64,000 nt of DNA from Gammaproteobacteria bacterium (GTDB taxonomy: Bacteria > Pseudomonadota > Gammaproteobacteria > G965277405). The number at the start of each line of letters is the position of its first letter. Within the stretch, counting starts at the first letter, position 1. The DNA lies in NCBI GenBank assembly GCA_965277405.1, contig OZ255726.1, positions 864,001 to 928,000 on the forward strand. The letters run 5' to 3'. The notes below the pieces were generated by a model. The model did no database searches. It was not told where the DNA came from and saw only the letters and a program-made list of their open reading frames with translations. This document shows positions 43,529 through 54,856 of this stretch, piece after piece. The position numbers and the translations under genes were made by a program.

Positions 43529-45628
43529 ATGACTCAAAATTCAATTAATTTTAATACCCAAACTGTCTCTTTTGCATTTGGTGACCAAACAATTTCTCTT
43601 GAAACCGGCAGAATTGCACGTCAAGCAAGCGGGGCCGTGCTGGCAACAATGGGTGGAACTGCAATATTGGCAACAACAGTTGTTTCCAAACGCGAAAGCC
43701 GTTTTGACTTTTTCCCGTTGACGGTGAATTATCAAGAAAAAATCTATTCTGCTGGAAAAATTCCAGGTGGTTTTTTCAAACGCGAAGGACGTCCAAGCGA
43801 AAAAGAAACGTTGACATCACGGTTGATTGACCGCCCAATTCGTCCATTGTTTCCAAGCGGATACATGCAAGAAGTGCAAGTCGTTTGTACAGTGATGTCT
43901 GCGGACAAAAACACCAATCCTGATATATTAGCGATGATTGCCGCCTCTGCGAGTTTGTGTATTTCAGGCGCTCCTTTTCAAGGCCCGATCGGCGCTGCGC
44001 GGGTCGGTGTTGGTGGTGATGGTTCGTATATTCTGAACCCATCATATGATGACATGGGTAAGTCATCGTTGGATATGGTCGTGGCAGGCAGCCAAGATGC
44101 AATTTTAATGGTCGAATCTGAAGCCAGCGAACTTGGCGAAGAACATATGCTTGAGGCAGTGATGTTTGCCCATGAACAAATGCAAACTGCAATAGCCGCA
44201 ATACAGGAATTGGTTGTCAAAGTTGGTAACCCCTCAAGTAAATGGGAAGCGCCAGCAACAGACGCAGCATTGGTTGATGGCGTAACTGCCAAGTTTGCAG
44301 AAAAAATTGCAGCTGCATATACCACCAGCGACAAACAGCAACGTAGCGAGCAACTCGATACAATTCGCCAACAAATTCATAGCGAATTTGACACAGAAGA
44401 CAGCAGCAACGCTGGTGAAATTGACTTGATTATAAAGTCAATTGAAAAGTCATCAGTGCGCCAGCGTTTGATTCGAGGCGAGCCACGGATTGACGGACGA
44501 GATTTAAAAACAGTTCGACCGATTGCCATTGAAATTGGTGTGCTACCGAATACACACGGCAGCGCATTGTTTACCCGTGGTGAAACACAGGCAATTGTTG
44601 TCAGTACGCTCGGTCCTGTAAAAAGCGCACAAATTATTGATGCGCTTGAAGGTGAATACCGTGATGGATTTATGTTGCATTATAATTTTCCGCCATTTTG
44701 CGTTGGTGAAACAGGAATGATGGTTGGACCCAAGCGCCGTGAGATTGGTCATGGACGGTTAGCAAGAAGAGGTATTGCTGCGGTGTTGCCACCACAAGAG
44801 CAATTTCCATATACGATTCGTGTGGTTTCTGAAATTACTGAATCGAATGGTTCAAGTTCTATGGCAAGTATTTGCGGCACCAGTCTTTCATTAATGGATG
44901 CTGGTGTGCCAATTAAAGCCGCAGTTGCTGGGGTGGCGATGGGATTAGTAAAAGAGGCTGAAGGACATGCAATTATTACCGACATCCTCGGTGATGAAGA
45001 TCACTTAGGCGATATGGACTTTAAAGTTGCCGGAACTGAAAAAGGTGTGACTGCGCTGCAAATGGATATTAAAATTAGCGGAATTACTCGAGAAATTATG
45101 GAAGAAGCGTTGACACAGGCGCGTGAAGGACGCTTACATATTCTTGGTGAAATGAACAAAGTCATTACCAAATCACGGGATCAGCTTGCTGCGTCTGCGC
45201 CAACATTGCTGACATTAAAAATCAAGCAAGATAAAATTCGTGATGTTATTGGTAAAGGTGGTGCAGTAATCAGACAAATGATAGAAGATAGCGGTGCGAC
45301 AATTGATATAGCTGATGACGGTATGGTGCAAGTGTATGGAGAAGGTCGTGATTCAGCAGAAGCTGCGATTCAAATGGTCAAAGACATAGTTGCAGAAGCT
45401 GAAGTAGGGCAACAAATTACAGGTACAGTCCGCTCGATTGTTGATTTTGGCGCATTCGTTAACATTCTGCCAAACACTGATGGCTTGCTGCATATTTCTG
45501 AAGTATCAAAACGACGTATCCAAAATGTCAATGAATTCTTAAAAGAAGGACAGAAAATTGAGGTAATTGTCAAAGAAGTTGACCCGCGCGGGCGTATTAA
45601 GCTCAGTTTAGTGAATATTTTTGACTAA
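43529..45628 (+). CDS. pnp: Polyribonucleotide nucleotidyltransferase
   Basis: [57 protein letters not shown] and S1 domains. Confidence 0.98.
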   Translation: MTQNSINFNTQTVSFAFGDQTISLETGRIARQASGAVLATMGGTAILATTVVSKRESRFDFFPLTVNYQEKIYSAGKIPGGFFKREGRPSEKETLTSRLIDRPIRPLFPSGYMQEVQVVCTVMSADKNTNPDILAMIAASASLCISGAPFQGPIGAARVGVGGDGSYILNPSYDDMGKSSLDMVVAGSQDAILMVESEASELGEEHMLEAVMFAHEQMQTAIAAIQELVVKVGNPSSKWEAPATDAALVDGVTAKFAEKIAAAYTTSDKQQRSEQLDTIRQQIHSEFDTEDSSNAGEIDLIIKSIEKSSVRQRLIRGEPRIDGRDLKTVRPIAIEIGVLPNTHGSALFTRGETQAIVVSTLGPVKSAQIIDALEGEYRDGFMLHYNFPPFCVGETGMMVGPKRREIGHGRLARRGIAAVLPPQEQFPYTIRVVSEITESNGSSSMASICGTSLSLMDAGVPIKAAVAGVAMGLVKEAEGHAIITDILGDEDHLGDMDFKVAGTEKGVTALQMDIKISGITREIMEEALTQAREGRLHILGEMNKVITKSRDQLAASAPTLLTLKIKQDKIRDVIGKGGAVIRQMIEDSGATIDIADDGMVQVYGEGRDSAEAAIQMVKDIVAEAEVGQQITGTVRSIVDFGAFVNILPNTDGLLHISEVSKRRIQNVNEFLKEGQKIEVIVKEVDPRGRIKLSLVNIFD

Positions 45629-45914
45629 GGAACCTCTGATTAATTCCATGATGGGCGAGACGGAGAAAAAACGCTGATGAAACTTAAGCGCAGTGCGCAG
45701 ATAATACTGGTGGTATTATCAAGTGCTGCAACGACGTTAGCGCAGCGTTTTTTTTCCGTCCTTCTATTGAATATATGATGGTTTGCCTACAAGCGGTACT
45801 TGCTGTGTTGCATCCCTTGGCGTATATGCTACGGCATGCGCCTACGGAATGCGCCTTGCAATCATCAGCAATTGCAGGCAAACTCGCTCCATCAGCAAGT
45901 TAATCAGAGGTTCC
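45629..45914. mobile_element. MITE copy 4, directly after the pnp stop codon
   Basis: CTAA|GGAACCTCTGATTAA...TTAATCAGAGGTTCC|CGAA; both ends carry the same G>C TIR variant. Confidence 0.93.
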
Positions 45915-46017
45915 CGAAGCATTGCTATGGTTCACATTGACAGGATGGAATAAACTAGCAGTCATACATAAACTCACTTATCAAAGGGCTGTAATGTTGG
46001 GGGTAGTCACTTTTTTT

Positions 46018-46284
46018 ATGAAGGAAAAACAAAAAAACAAACAATTAATTCAGCCGTTTCTGCAGCAACGGTTTGAAGAATTTTTCGCAGCACTTGGTGA
46101 TGAGAAAATGCCGAGTCTGTATACAACAGTCATGCGCCAATGTGAAATTCCTCTGATTCGCGCCGCACTCAAACATTGTAATGATAATAAATCAAAAACT
46201 GCTTGTTTGCTTTCTGTCAGCCGAGTAACGCTGCGCAATAAAATGCATAAATACAGTATTGAAAGCAGCGCAAATAGCTCATAG
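46018..46284 (+). CDS. fis: Fis-family DNA-binding protein
   Basis: SLYTTVMRQCEIPLIRAAL...NKSKTA.LL.VSRVTLRNKMHKY HTH_8; divergent from typical Fis. Confidence 0.78.
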   Translation: MKEKQKNKQLIQPFLQQRFEEFFAALGDEKMPSLYTTVMRQCEIPLIRAALKHCNDNKSKTACLLSVSRVTLRNKMHKYSIESSANSS

Positions 46285-46288
46285 GCAT

Positions 46289-46334
46289 GGAAACTCTGAT
46301 TAAGTCGCTCCATGATGGGAAAATCAGAGTTTGC
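46289..46334. mobile_element. Minimal 46-bp MITE derivative between fis and gor
   Basis: GGAAACTCTGATTAAGTCGC...AATCAGAGTTTGC, two TIRs with the interior deleted. Confidence 0.7.
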
Positions 46335-46336
46335 GT

Positions 46337-47674
46337 ATGAATACCAACCAATTTGACATCATAGTTATTGGCGCAGGATCAGCAGGCGTACGCGCTGCGC
46401 GTGTTGCCGCAGCACTAGGGCGGTCTGTTGCTATTGTAGAAGCAGATAAAGTTGGTGGCACCTGCGTCAACGTTGGCTGTATTCCCAAAAAATTCTACGC
46501 ATACGCTGGTGCTTTTCGGCACGACCTCGCCGTTATGCAAGGATATGGCTGGGATACAACTGCGTCATTTAGTTGGGATAGGCTGCGCGAGAATAAGACC
46601 AATGAAATCACGCGGTTGAATGGCATCTATAACAACATGCTCAAAGATGTAACGTTGCTGCATGGCTTGGCAACATGTGTTGATGCGCACACCATTAGTG
46701 TCGCTGGCAACCAATATTCCGCGAAATATATTATTATTGCAACTGGTGGAACACCATTCGTCCCGCAATTTCCAGGCAACGGCCTAGTTGAAACCTCAGA
46801 CACTATTTTTGATATTGGCGCATTACCCAAAAAAATCATTGTTGTCGGCGGCGGGTATATTGCCGCAGAATTTGCCAGTATTTTTAATGGTTTAGGCTGT
46901 GAAACCACATTGTTATACCGTGGTAAGCAAATATTTAGGGGCTTCGATAGCCAAATAGCACGGTTCACTCAACAACAAATGATAGAACACGGAATCGACA
47001 TCCGCTTACACAGCGTTGTTGCTGCCATCAAGCAAAATGATGCCAGCTTACAGGTAGTCGTAGCTGATAAAACCATCAACGCTGATATCGTGTTACATGC
47101 CACAGGTCGCTCAGCAAATACGGCAAAACTTGCATTGGAGAATGCCGGGGTGCTGCTGAACGACAATGGCAGTATTCCTGTCGATGAGCATTACCGCACC
47201 AATCAAAGCCATATCTACGCTATTGGCGATATTCTTTCCCATTTGCAGCTTACACCAGTTGCAATTAAACAGGCGATGCACGTTATCAGCCATATAACTA
47301 ACCAAACAACGCATCCGCTTGACTATGCAACTATACCTACAGCCGTGTTCTGTACGCCGAATATTGGCACTGTTGGTCTCGGTGAAGAAGATGCAATCAA
47401 GCGGTATGGCAGTGCAGACATTGAGATTTTTTTCAGTAATTTTCGCGCGCTAAAAATCACCATGTCCGCTGCGACTGACAAAACAATGACTAAATTGGTT
47501 GTGCAAAAATCCACACAGAAAATACTGGGAATTCATATGGCTGGTGACCATGCTGGTGAGGTTATTCAAGGGTTTGCGGTGGCGGTGCAAATGGGAGTTA
47601 GCAAACAACAGCTCGACGCAACAGTGGGCATCCACCCGACCACTGCAGAAGAATTTGTTACAATGCGCAACTAA
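46337..47674 (+). CDS. gor: Glutathione-disulfide reductase
   Basis: GAGSAG, GGTCVNVGCIPKK, GGGYIAAEFA, LLYRG, GIHPTTAEE. Confidence 0.93.
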   Translation: MNTNQFDIIVIGAGSAGVRAARVAAALGRSVAIVEADKVGGTCVNVGCIPKKFYAYAGAFRHDLAVMQGYGWDTTASFSWDRLRENKTNEITRLNGIYNNMLKDVTLLHGLATCVDAHTISVAGNQYSAKYIIIATGGTPFVPQFPGNGLVETSDTIFDIGALPKKIIVVGGGYIAAEFASIFNGLGCETTLLYRGKQIFRGFDSQIARFTQQQMIEHGIDIRLHSVVAAIKQNDASLQVVVADKTINADIVLHATGRSANTAKLALENAGVLLNDNGSIPVDEHYRTNQSHIYAIGDILSHLQLTPVAIKQAMHVISHITNQTTHPLDYATIPTAVFCTPNIGTVGLGEEDAIKRYGSADIEIFFSNFRALKITMSAATDKTMTKLVVQKSTQKILGIHMAGDHAGEVIQGFAVAVQMGVSKQQLDATVGIHPTTAEEFVTMRN

Positions 47675-48558
47675 TGCGTGGTTTGTATTTACTGGCACCT
47701 GCAAAATTAAATTTATTTCTCCATGTGTTTGCACCACGTAGTGATGGCTATCATCCGTTACATACGTATTTTCAATATATTGGGTTATTCGATGAACTGT
47801 ATTTTGCTATACTACCAACCACACGTTTGCAGCCACAAATAACGATAACTATGCAAGGATGTGGTACGGCAATACAAAATAATATCATCAACCAAGCTGC
47901 GCAATTGTTGTATGCCTACATTACAACACCCAAGCCAAATATTCACGTTGCCGTTTGCAAACATATCCCAATTGGCGCAGGGCTAGGCGGTGGTAGTAGT
48001 AACGCGGCAACGACACTCCATGCGTTAAATATGTTGTGGAAATTGCAATTGCCGCAACAACAAATACAAGAATTATCACTCGAACTTGGCGCAGACCTGC
48101 CGTTTTTTGTCAAAGGAGAAAGTGGCTTTGCTAGCGGAATTGGTGAAGTCATGACAGCGTATGCATATCCAGATTTGTATTGTGTAGTGGTTTTGAGTGG
48201 AATTCATTGCGTTACAAGTGCAGTGTTTTTGCATAAACAATTGACAACCAAAAAGCAGATGACAACAATACCGCCCGCCTATCAAGAGCTAACTATCAAT
48301 GAGGTGGTTGGACTGGGAAACGATTGTATTGACGCAGCGTTTGCTGAATATCCAAAGCTCAAACAGGTATACAGTATAATCAGCAACTATGGTCAGTTTG
48401 CAATGACTGGAACAGGCTCCACGTTTTTTGCAGTATACCAAAGCAAACAACAAGCGATGCAGCTGGCAAAGCGAATATGCGATGAGCGTGCACTCAACGC
48501 AATAGTAGTACCAAGTATTGCACGATGGCACACGTATTGGGGTGTAGCCAAGTGGTAA
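47674..48558 (+). CDS. ispE: 4-diphosphocytidyl-2-C-methyl-D-erythritol kinase
   Basis: APAKLNLFL, KHIPIGAGLGGGSSNAA, LGADLPFF, MTGTGST; 3' end overlaps tRNA-Gln. Confidence 0.95.
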   Translation: MRGLYLLAPAKLNLFLHVFAPRSDGYHPLHTYFQYIGLFDELYFAILPTTRLQPQITITMQGCGTAIQNNIINQAAQLLYAYITTPKPNIHVAVCKHIPIGAGLGGGSSNAATTLHALNMLWKLQLPQQQIQELSLELGADLPFFVKGESGFASGIGEVMTAYAYPDLYCVVVLSGIHCVTSAVFLHKQLTTKKQMTTIPPAYQELTINEVVGLGNDCIDAAFAEYPKLKQVYSIISNYGQFAMTGTGSTFFAVYQSKQQAMQLAKRICDERALNAIVVPSIARWHTYWGVAKW

Positions 48559-48612
48559 GGCAGCGGGTTTTGATCCCGCCATGCGGAGGTTCGAATCCTC
48601 CCACCCCAGCCA
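48538..48612 (+). tRNA. tRNA-Gln (anticodon TTG)
   Basis: TGGGGTG acceptor, GCGGG-TTTTGAT-CCCGC anticodon arm, GGTTCGAATCC, encoded CCA. Confidence 0.97.
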
Positions 48613-48728
48613 ATTTAATAATGACTGCTTCACACTGAACTCTGTATCAAAAAGGACGCGCATTGACATTGATCAAGCGCAACTCAAACTTAATAATGGC
48701 TGCTGCGCTCACTGCATAAGTTCCCTAG

Positions 48729-49013
48729 GGAAGCTCTGATTAACTCGCTGATGGAGCGAGTTTGCCTGCAATTGCTGATGATTGCAAGGCGCATTTCGCA
48801 GGCGTATGCCGTAGCATATACGCCAAGGGATGCAACACAGCAAGTACCGCTTGTAGGCAAACCATCATATATTCAATAGAAGGACGGGAAAAAACGCTGC
48901 GCTAACGTCGTTACAGCACTTGATAATACCACCAGTGTTATCTGCGCACTGCGTCTAGTTATCATCAGCGTTTTTTCTCCGTCTCGCCCATCATGGACTT
49001 AATCAGAGCTTCC
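48729..49013. mobile_element. MITE copy 5 (inverted relative to copy 1)
   Basis: CTAG|GGAAGCTCTGATTAACTCGC...GGACTTAATCAGAGCTTCC|TTTG. Confidence 0.93.
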
Positions 49014-49513
49014 TTTGTTAAGGCGCGAGCAGTTTACTGGCGACCACTGACTTGCATAGATTGTAAAGTTTTTTATCATATCTTCCAGTCTGTCGCCTGC
49101 ATTGCTGCTGCTTTTAATTGATCTCTATGTTTTGCGTGATTTACCTCTGTATTCGATCTTTTTTTTATACTGAACATGGATACACTTGCGTATCTGTCCC
49201 AGCTGGGGCATGTTATACACCCTGATTTTGGTCTCGGCCTGCATCAAGGTCACAGATGTGAGCGTTGATTGTAACGCCTGCATAAATTTGGTATCGTTGC
49301 GCTGCAGTCAGTCTGCTAGATGTCTTTGGCATGGTGATTTCACATTGGCTGAATGACCGTGAGATCCACTCACTGACCGTCAACATTCAATGTGTCGCGC
49401 TAGCGATTGAAGTCTACGTTTGCATGAAATAATCTAATTGCGTTGTTAATACTGTCAACACATCAGCTATTTCGTGAGAATGTAAGTATAACTACTTTGT
49501 CTAAGGAGGGATA

Positions 49514-51445
49514 ATGAGTAAAAAAGCAATTCCTAATGCTACAAAAGAGCGAGCATTAATCAACCCAGCGCAATATCAACAAATGTATGATGAATCTATT
49601 CAGGATCCTGAAGCATTTTGGCATAAACAAGGTAGGCGCATAGATTGGATAACACCATATACGCAAACCAAAACAACATCATTTGCACAAGATAATGTGT
49701 CGATTGAATGGTACCGCGATGGTGGATTAAACGTTGCAGCGAATTGCCTAGATAGGCATTTAGAGCAACGCGGTGATCAAGTTGCAATTATATGGGAAGG
49801 CGATAACTCCCAAGAAAAACGCACAATAACATACACTGAATTACACCATCTTGTCTGCCAATGTGGCAATGCACTGCAGCGGATGGGGGTCGCTAAAGGT
49901 GACGTTGTAACAATATATATGCCAATGATCCCAGAGGCAGCAATAGCCATGCTTGCATGTGCCAGAATTGGCGCGGTGCATTCTGTCATCTTTGCTGGGT
50001 TTTCTCCAGAAGCGATTGCCGGAAGAGTGGAAAATAGCGCGTCTACACTCATTATCACCGCGGATAGCGGCCCACGAGCTGGTAAGCAAACACCACTCAA
50101 AGCAAATGTTGATACAGCTATAGCAAAACTCGGGTTTGCTGTGCAAACCCTGGTGGTTAAGCGCTCAGGAGAACCCGTTGCTTGGGATGATACGCGTGAT
50201 CATTGGTGGCACGACATGCTGGACTCTGCCGACTGCCCGCCTGTAGAAATGAACGCAGAAGACCCTTTATTTATTTTGTATACTTCTGGATCTACTGGAG
50301 CACCCAAAGGACTAACGCATACATCGGGCGGTTATTTGGTCTACGCATCGATTACATATGAATATATTTTTGACTACCACCCGGGTGACATTTTTTGGTG
50401 CAGCGCCGATGTTGGATGGATAACTGGGCATTCATATATAGTGTATGGACCGCTTGCCAATGGTGCGACGACAGTGATGTTTGAAGGTGTACCGACATAT
50501 CCTGACACCAGTCGTTGGGGGCAAATTATTGAACAATACGGCGTAACAGTTTTTTATACGGCGCCGACAGCCATTCGCGCGTTAATGGCAGATGGAGATA
50601 ATGTATTAGGCAACAGCGATTTATCTTCATTAAAATTATTAGGCACCGTTGGTGAACCAATAAACCCAGAAGCATGGGAATGGTATAGCCGAGTTTTTGG
50701 CAATGGCAAGTTAGCAATTGTAGACACTTGGTGGCAAACAGAAACTGGCGCCGCGCTAATATCACCTCTTCCTGGGGCAATCGAAGCCAAACCTGGGTCG
50801 GCAACGAAGCCGTTTTTTGGCATTCAACCTGCATTAGTCGACGCAGATGGGGTGATTTTGGAGGGTGCTGCGGCTGGAAATTTAGTGCTGCTCGATTCTT
50901 GGCCAGGTCAAGCCCGCAGCATTTGGGGAGACCACCCACGCTTTGTGGCCACATATTTTTCAACATATGCGGGTAAATATTTTACCAGCGATGGCGCGCG
51001 TCGCGACGAAGACGGGTATTATTGGATTACTGGTCGCGTCGACGATGTTATGAATATATCTGGTCATCGGCTTGGCACAGCAGAAGTCGAGAGTGCGCTG
51101 GTGGCGCACCCGCTCGTTGTCGAGGCGGCGGTTGTTGGTTTTCACCACGATATTAAGGGTCAAGCAATTTATGCATACGTTACGCTCAAGCACGGAGTAG
51201 CAGATACGGACGCCCTCAATGCCGAGTTGAAGCAGTGGGTGCGCCAAGAGATTGGTGCTATCGCCACACCAGAGACTATTCAATGGGCACCAGGGCTGCC
51301 CAAAACCCGCTCTGGAAAAATTATGCGCAGGATATTGCGTCAAATTGCTAAAAATGAATATGAGCAACTTGGAGATATCAGCACACTCGCAGATACAAGT
51401 GTTGTCAGCAGCTTAATTGCAGAACATAAATACATCAGCGGCTAA
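49514..51445 (+). CDS. acs: Acetate--CoA ligase
   Basis: [52 protein letters not shown]; AAGGAGG RBS. Confidence 0.97.
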   Translation: MSKKAIPNATKERALINPAQYQQMYDESIQDPEAFWHKQGRRIDWITPYTQTKTTSFAQDNVSIEWYRDGGLNVAANCLDRHLEQRGDQVAIIWEGDNSQEKRTITYTELHHLVCQCGNALQRMGVAKGDVVTIYMPMIPEAAIAMLACARIGAVHSVIFAGFSPEAIAGRVENSASTLIITADSGPRAGKQTPLKANVDTAIAKLGFAVQTLVVKRSGEPVAWDDTRDHWWHDMLDSADCPPVEMNAEDPLFILYTSGSTGAPKGLTHTSGGYLVYASITYEYIFDYHPGDIFWCSADVGWITGHSYIVYGPLANGATTVMFEGVPTYPDTSRWGQIIEQYGVTVFYTAPTAIRALMADGDNVLGNSDLSSLKLLGTVGEPINPEAWEWYSRVFGNGKLAIVDTWWQTETGAALISPLPGAIEAKPGSATKPFFGIQPALVDADGVILEGAAAGNLVLLDSWPGQARSIWGDHPRFVATYFSTYAGKYFTSDGARRDEDGYYWITGRVDDVMNISGHRLGTAEVESALVAHPLVVEAAVVGFHHDIKGQAIYAYVTLKHGVADTDALNAELKQWVRQEIGAIATPETIQWAPGLPKTRSGKIMRRILRQIAKNEYEQLGDISTLADTSVVSSLIAEHKYISG

Positions 51446-52330
51446 CAGCAATCTTAGCAATTGCCCTAAGCGTTTGTATAAACCTTGCTGCTTTTCCGTT
51501 TGTCTGCGGCCTGTATGGTTTGGTAAAAACGTGCTTGATTTGACAAGCATCAAGATATCGATTTACGAACTTTGGTCGATATGCAGGACCGTTGCCTGTC
51601 ATCAGCCGTTGCACCGCTATTCCCAAAGATGAAAAATGCTCCAATGATCGGTGCATAAACCCCTGAGTCGTTGCCTTTTTCTCATTAGGAAGCACCGCCA
51701 CAAACGCCCATCGACTATGGTCATCAATACCAACATGGACGCACTCAATACCATGGCCTGTATTTGCTGTTGCAGGAGCACCAAATTTATGCCCAGGTGG
51801 AGTAAAACGTTGCAGTTTCTTGATGTCCAGATGCAGCATGTCGCCAGGGTGCTCATATCAATGCGCTTTTTCTCTTGTTAAGGTCTTTTTTGTAAGGCAC
51901 AGCCGTCTCAAAATTTTGGTGACAGTGGCGTATGCCAATTGCAAATACTTGGCAATGCTCCGTGCATTCATTTGTGACTCTAAATAGAGTTTTTGGATGC
52001 GTTGAGCCAAGATCTCAGCGAGTTTAGCTGGGTTTGAAATTGGCCTGCTGGAAAGATATTGTACAGTGCAGATGTTCCACCTGATGTATAGCGTCTGCGC
52101 CACTTGTAAACAGTTAGTAGCGTAATAGTAGCGAAATGGCAAAATCGTTGGCTACGCGATTCACAGGGTGCTTGTCGACAAGCACCCTGTGAACCATAAC
52201 TTCTCGACTATGAAACGTTGTTTTGGCACAATGATGTGGGTTGTTCATGCTGTACTCCTTTGTTTAGTAACTAATACAGTACCAGCTTGTTAGTTAGCTG
52301 ATGTGTGAACACACCTCCGTAGCATTTACA
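51435..52330 (-). mobile_element. Degenerate, 3'-truncated IS481-family element
   Basis: Start MNNPH at 52248 with AAGGAG RBS; LHLDIKKL, VGIDDHSR, MTGNGPAY, KPYRPQTNGKAARF (catalytic D and E substituted); TGT-initiated end at 52330. Confidence 0.85.
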
Positions 52331-52489
52331 CTTAATAAGGTATAATGTTTCTTTTCCTGAGATAATTCGATACGAGGAACTGATTTCACCCAAGCTAGAA
52401 TGTTCAGCACCCTGTCGCCTGTAAGCGCAGTACCCCAAAATCAGCCAATTCGCCATATCAAGAAAATGGTCGATGTGGCGTTGTAGGAA

Positions 52490-53299
52490 GTGAAAAGCTT
52501 CCACATGAAAGACGACGATGACCACAATTATGGCAGCAGCAACAAACGGATTGATGTTAAAGGCAAGAAACGCCACCGCGCTACCCACCAATCTACCACA
52601 GATCCCGAAGCGCGCTTTGGCAAGAAAAGCCAAGCCCAAGCGGCAATACCGTGTTACGTGGGCAATATTATGATTGAGAACCGCAATGGTTTGGTGGTAG
52701 ATGCACATAGCAAACAGTTCAGCGGCACCGCTGCAACCGATGCTGCGATACCGATGCTGCGATAGAAATGCTTGCCAATATTCCAAGAAATCGCCAAGTG
52801 ACATTGGCAGCGGACAAGAAATACGACACCAAAGTCCTTGTCAAGCAATGCCAAGCAATGCCAAGCAATGCCGTGAATTGAGCGTAACGCCCCACGTTGC
52901 GCAAAACACAGCAAAACGAAGTTCATCAATAGATCAACGAACGACGAGACACCCCGGGTATCAAACCAGCCAAAAAGTACGCAAACGCATACAAGAAGTC
53001 TTTGGCTGGGCTAAGACTATTGGCGGACTTCACAAAGGAAAGTATGTGGTAATAGCAAAGTGAACCATCAATTTGTATTCACCATGGCCGCGTATCACTT
53101 GGTACGCATGCGCAATCTTGGTGCTGTATCATGCTGATTTGCAACGACAGCGGACAGCCACGCCCAACAATTGGAAACGTGGTAGTTTCACACGGAATAC
53201 CACCAAAATCCTCCCTAATAACAGCTGCTGTGCGCAAAAAAATCAATTTTGGCAGTCTTGAGGCTTATTTTATATGATAAATTTTTAACAGCCTGTTAA
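52490..53299 (+). mobile_element. Degenerate, 5'-truncated IS5/IS1182-type element
   Basis: THQSTTDPEAR, ENRNGLVVD, TLAADKKYD, VTPHVAQN, RTTRHPGY..SQKVRKRIQEVFGWAKT; end TTTTTAACAGCCTGTTA; internal (CAAGCAATGC)x3 at 52842-52871. Confidence 0.82.
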
Positions 53300-53549
53300 G
53301 ATCAACCAAACAGACAGATATTTTATTCTTCTGCATCAATAGTGATGCAAACTGAAAGTACCCCAAAGACATATTGGCACCACTTCCATGAAAAAAAACT
53401 AGTGTTTTACCATTGTCGCTATTCGCTGCATAATAGCGAATATGAATATATTCCTTATCGTATTTTGATTGAACAAACAGGGGTTGGCTTGAAACTAGCT
53501 TTATGGCTTCTAATTTGTTAATAAAGTTATAAAATTTAACATATGACAA
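53265..53549 (-). pseudogene. Alpha/beta hydrolase N-terminal fragment truncated by the IS
   Basis: LVFFHGSG...VCLVDL then reads into the IS end where RGHG would be expected. Confidence 0.7.
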
Positions 53550-54035
53550 CTAGTCTTCTGTAGCTATTTTCTTAACTACGTCAAGCATTGACTGTATTCT
53601 TAATTTATTAGAATTATCTGTAGTCCTTAGCAAATCCTCAAGTTTTTCAATAATATAATTAAAATCTGATTTTGCTAATCCTCCTTGCCCAAGGAAATCG
53701 GGAATGTTTTTGTTGATTATCGCCCGTTCGAATCTTGCTGCCAAGTTGTTAGGATTTTGAGAAACAGCTTTAGCCATCATTCTAGTTGCACTCCTTAAAT
53801 ACGAGTAGGCAGTACCTAAATTTTTCTCTTGCCCAGCTCGTAAAACTAGTAATCCACCATTTACGACTTGTATTAATGGATCTTTATACAATTCATGTAA
53901 TTTTTCGATTAACTTCGCCCCTTGTTCAAACTCGAGTATCTGGTTCTCTTTTTGTTGACCGATAAAAATAAATATTAACATTGATAGCTCTTGAGCCTCT
54001 AGCAGCGTGAGCTTATTGATATCTTTTTTATTCAA
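53550..54035 (-). CDS. Hypothetical helical (TPR-like) protein
   Basis: 161-aa AT-rich ORF with MAKAVSQNPNNLAARFERA..IPDFLG..AKSDF; abuts the hydrolase fragment; start uncertain. Confidence 0.55.
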   Translation of the reverse strand: MNKKDINKLTLLEAQELSMLIFIFIGQQKENQILEFEQGAKLIEKLHELYKDPLIQVVNGGLLVLRAGQEKNLGTAYSYLRSATRMMAKAVSQNPNNLAARFERAIINKNIPDFLGQGGLAKSDFNYIIEKLEDLLRTTDNSNKLRIQSMLDVVKKIATED

Positions 54036-54279
54036 TTAGTGAAATAGGTCATGCCTTTGATCCATTTCTACTGGTATTTTAATTAGTAAAACTAAGTTAT
54101 CATTAGACTGTACCTTTTGTATAGAAATAAAACACGTCAAACAAACGAAAATCAGTAAACTAGTCAATTTTTTCATTGTTAATCTCTCCATTGTTAATAC
54201 ATATACAAATGGTTGCTGCGTGTACTATAGAGGCATATAGTATGCCGCATGATACGCCGACACACCTAAAACATATACC

Positions 54280-54813
54280 ATGAAAGAAGATTTAAATATG
54301 GCAGTTGCGATCCTAACTACAGGAGGGACAATTGCAAAAATATACGAAAATGGCGACATGATAGATTGTGCTAACGAGAATGTCTCGAATACTATTGGTA
54401 ATTTACGTTTAGAAGGAACGGAAGTTTTGATAAATGATATTTTGCACAAAGACTCATTGGACTTTGACGATAACGATAGGCAAATCATGTATACCGCAAT
54501 ACAAGCACAGTTGGCTAATGACAAGATAGATGCAATCTTGGTTACGCACGGCACAGATACAATGGTTGTAACGATCAAAAACTACGTTAAACTATTCAGC
54601 CATACAGTAGCAAAACCAGTGATTTTCACAGGGGCAATGCGCCCACTAGAAGTGCAAAACTCTGATGGTGTGCAAAATATAACAGAAGCATTGTTAGCAT
54701 GTCGTTTAGTAGCTGCGGGAATATATATATCCTTCCACGGCAGGGTGTTGTCATGGCCTGGAATTATTAAGGACTATGAACGCGGAACATTTAAAAAGGC
54801 CATTTCTGACTAA
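54280..54813 (+). CDS. Short (N-terminal domain only) asparaginase
   Basis: TTGGTI, KDSLD, VTHGTDTM, KPVIFTGAMRP; 177 aa. Confidence 0.88.
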   Translation: MKEDLNMAVAILTTGGTIAKIYENGDMIDCANENVSNTIGNLRLEGTEVLINDILHKDSLDFDDNDRQIMYTAIQAQLANDKIDAILVTHGTDTMVVTIKNYVKLFSHTVAKPVIFTGAMRPLEVQNSDGVQNITEALLACRLVAAGIYISFHGRVLSWPGIIKDYERGTFKKAISD

Positions 54814-54856
54814 ATCGCAGCCATATGCAACCCGCAACAGCCATATTCAAATGACG

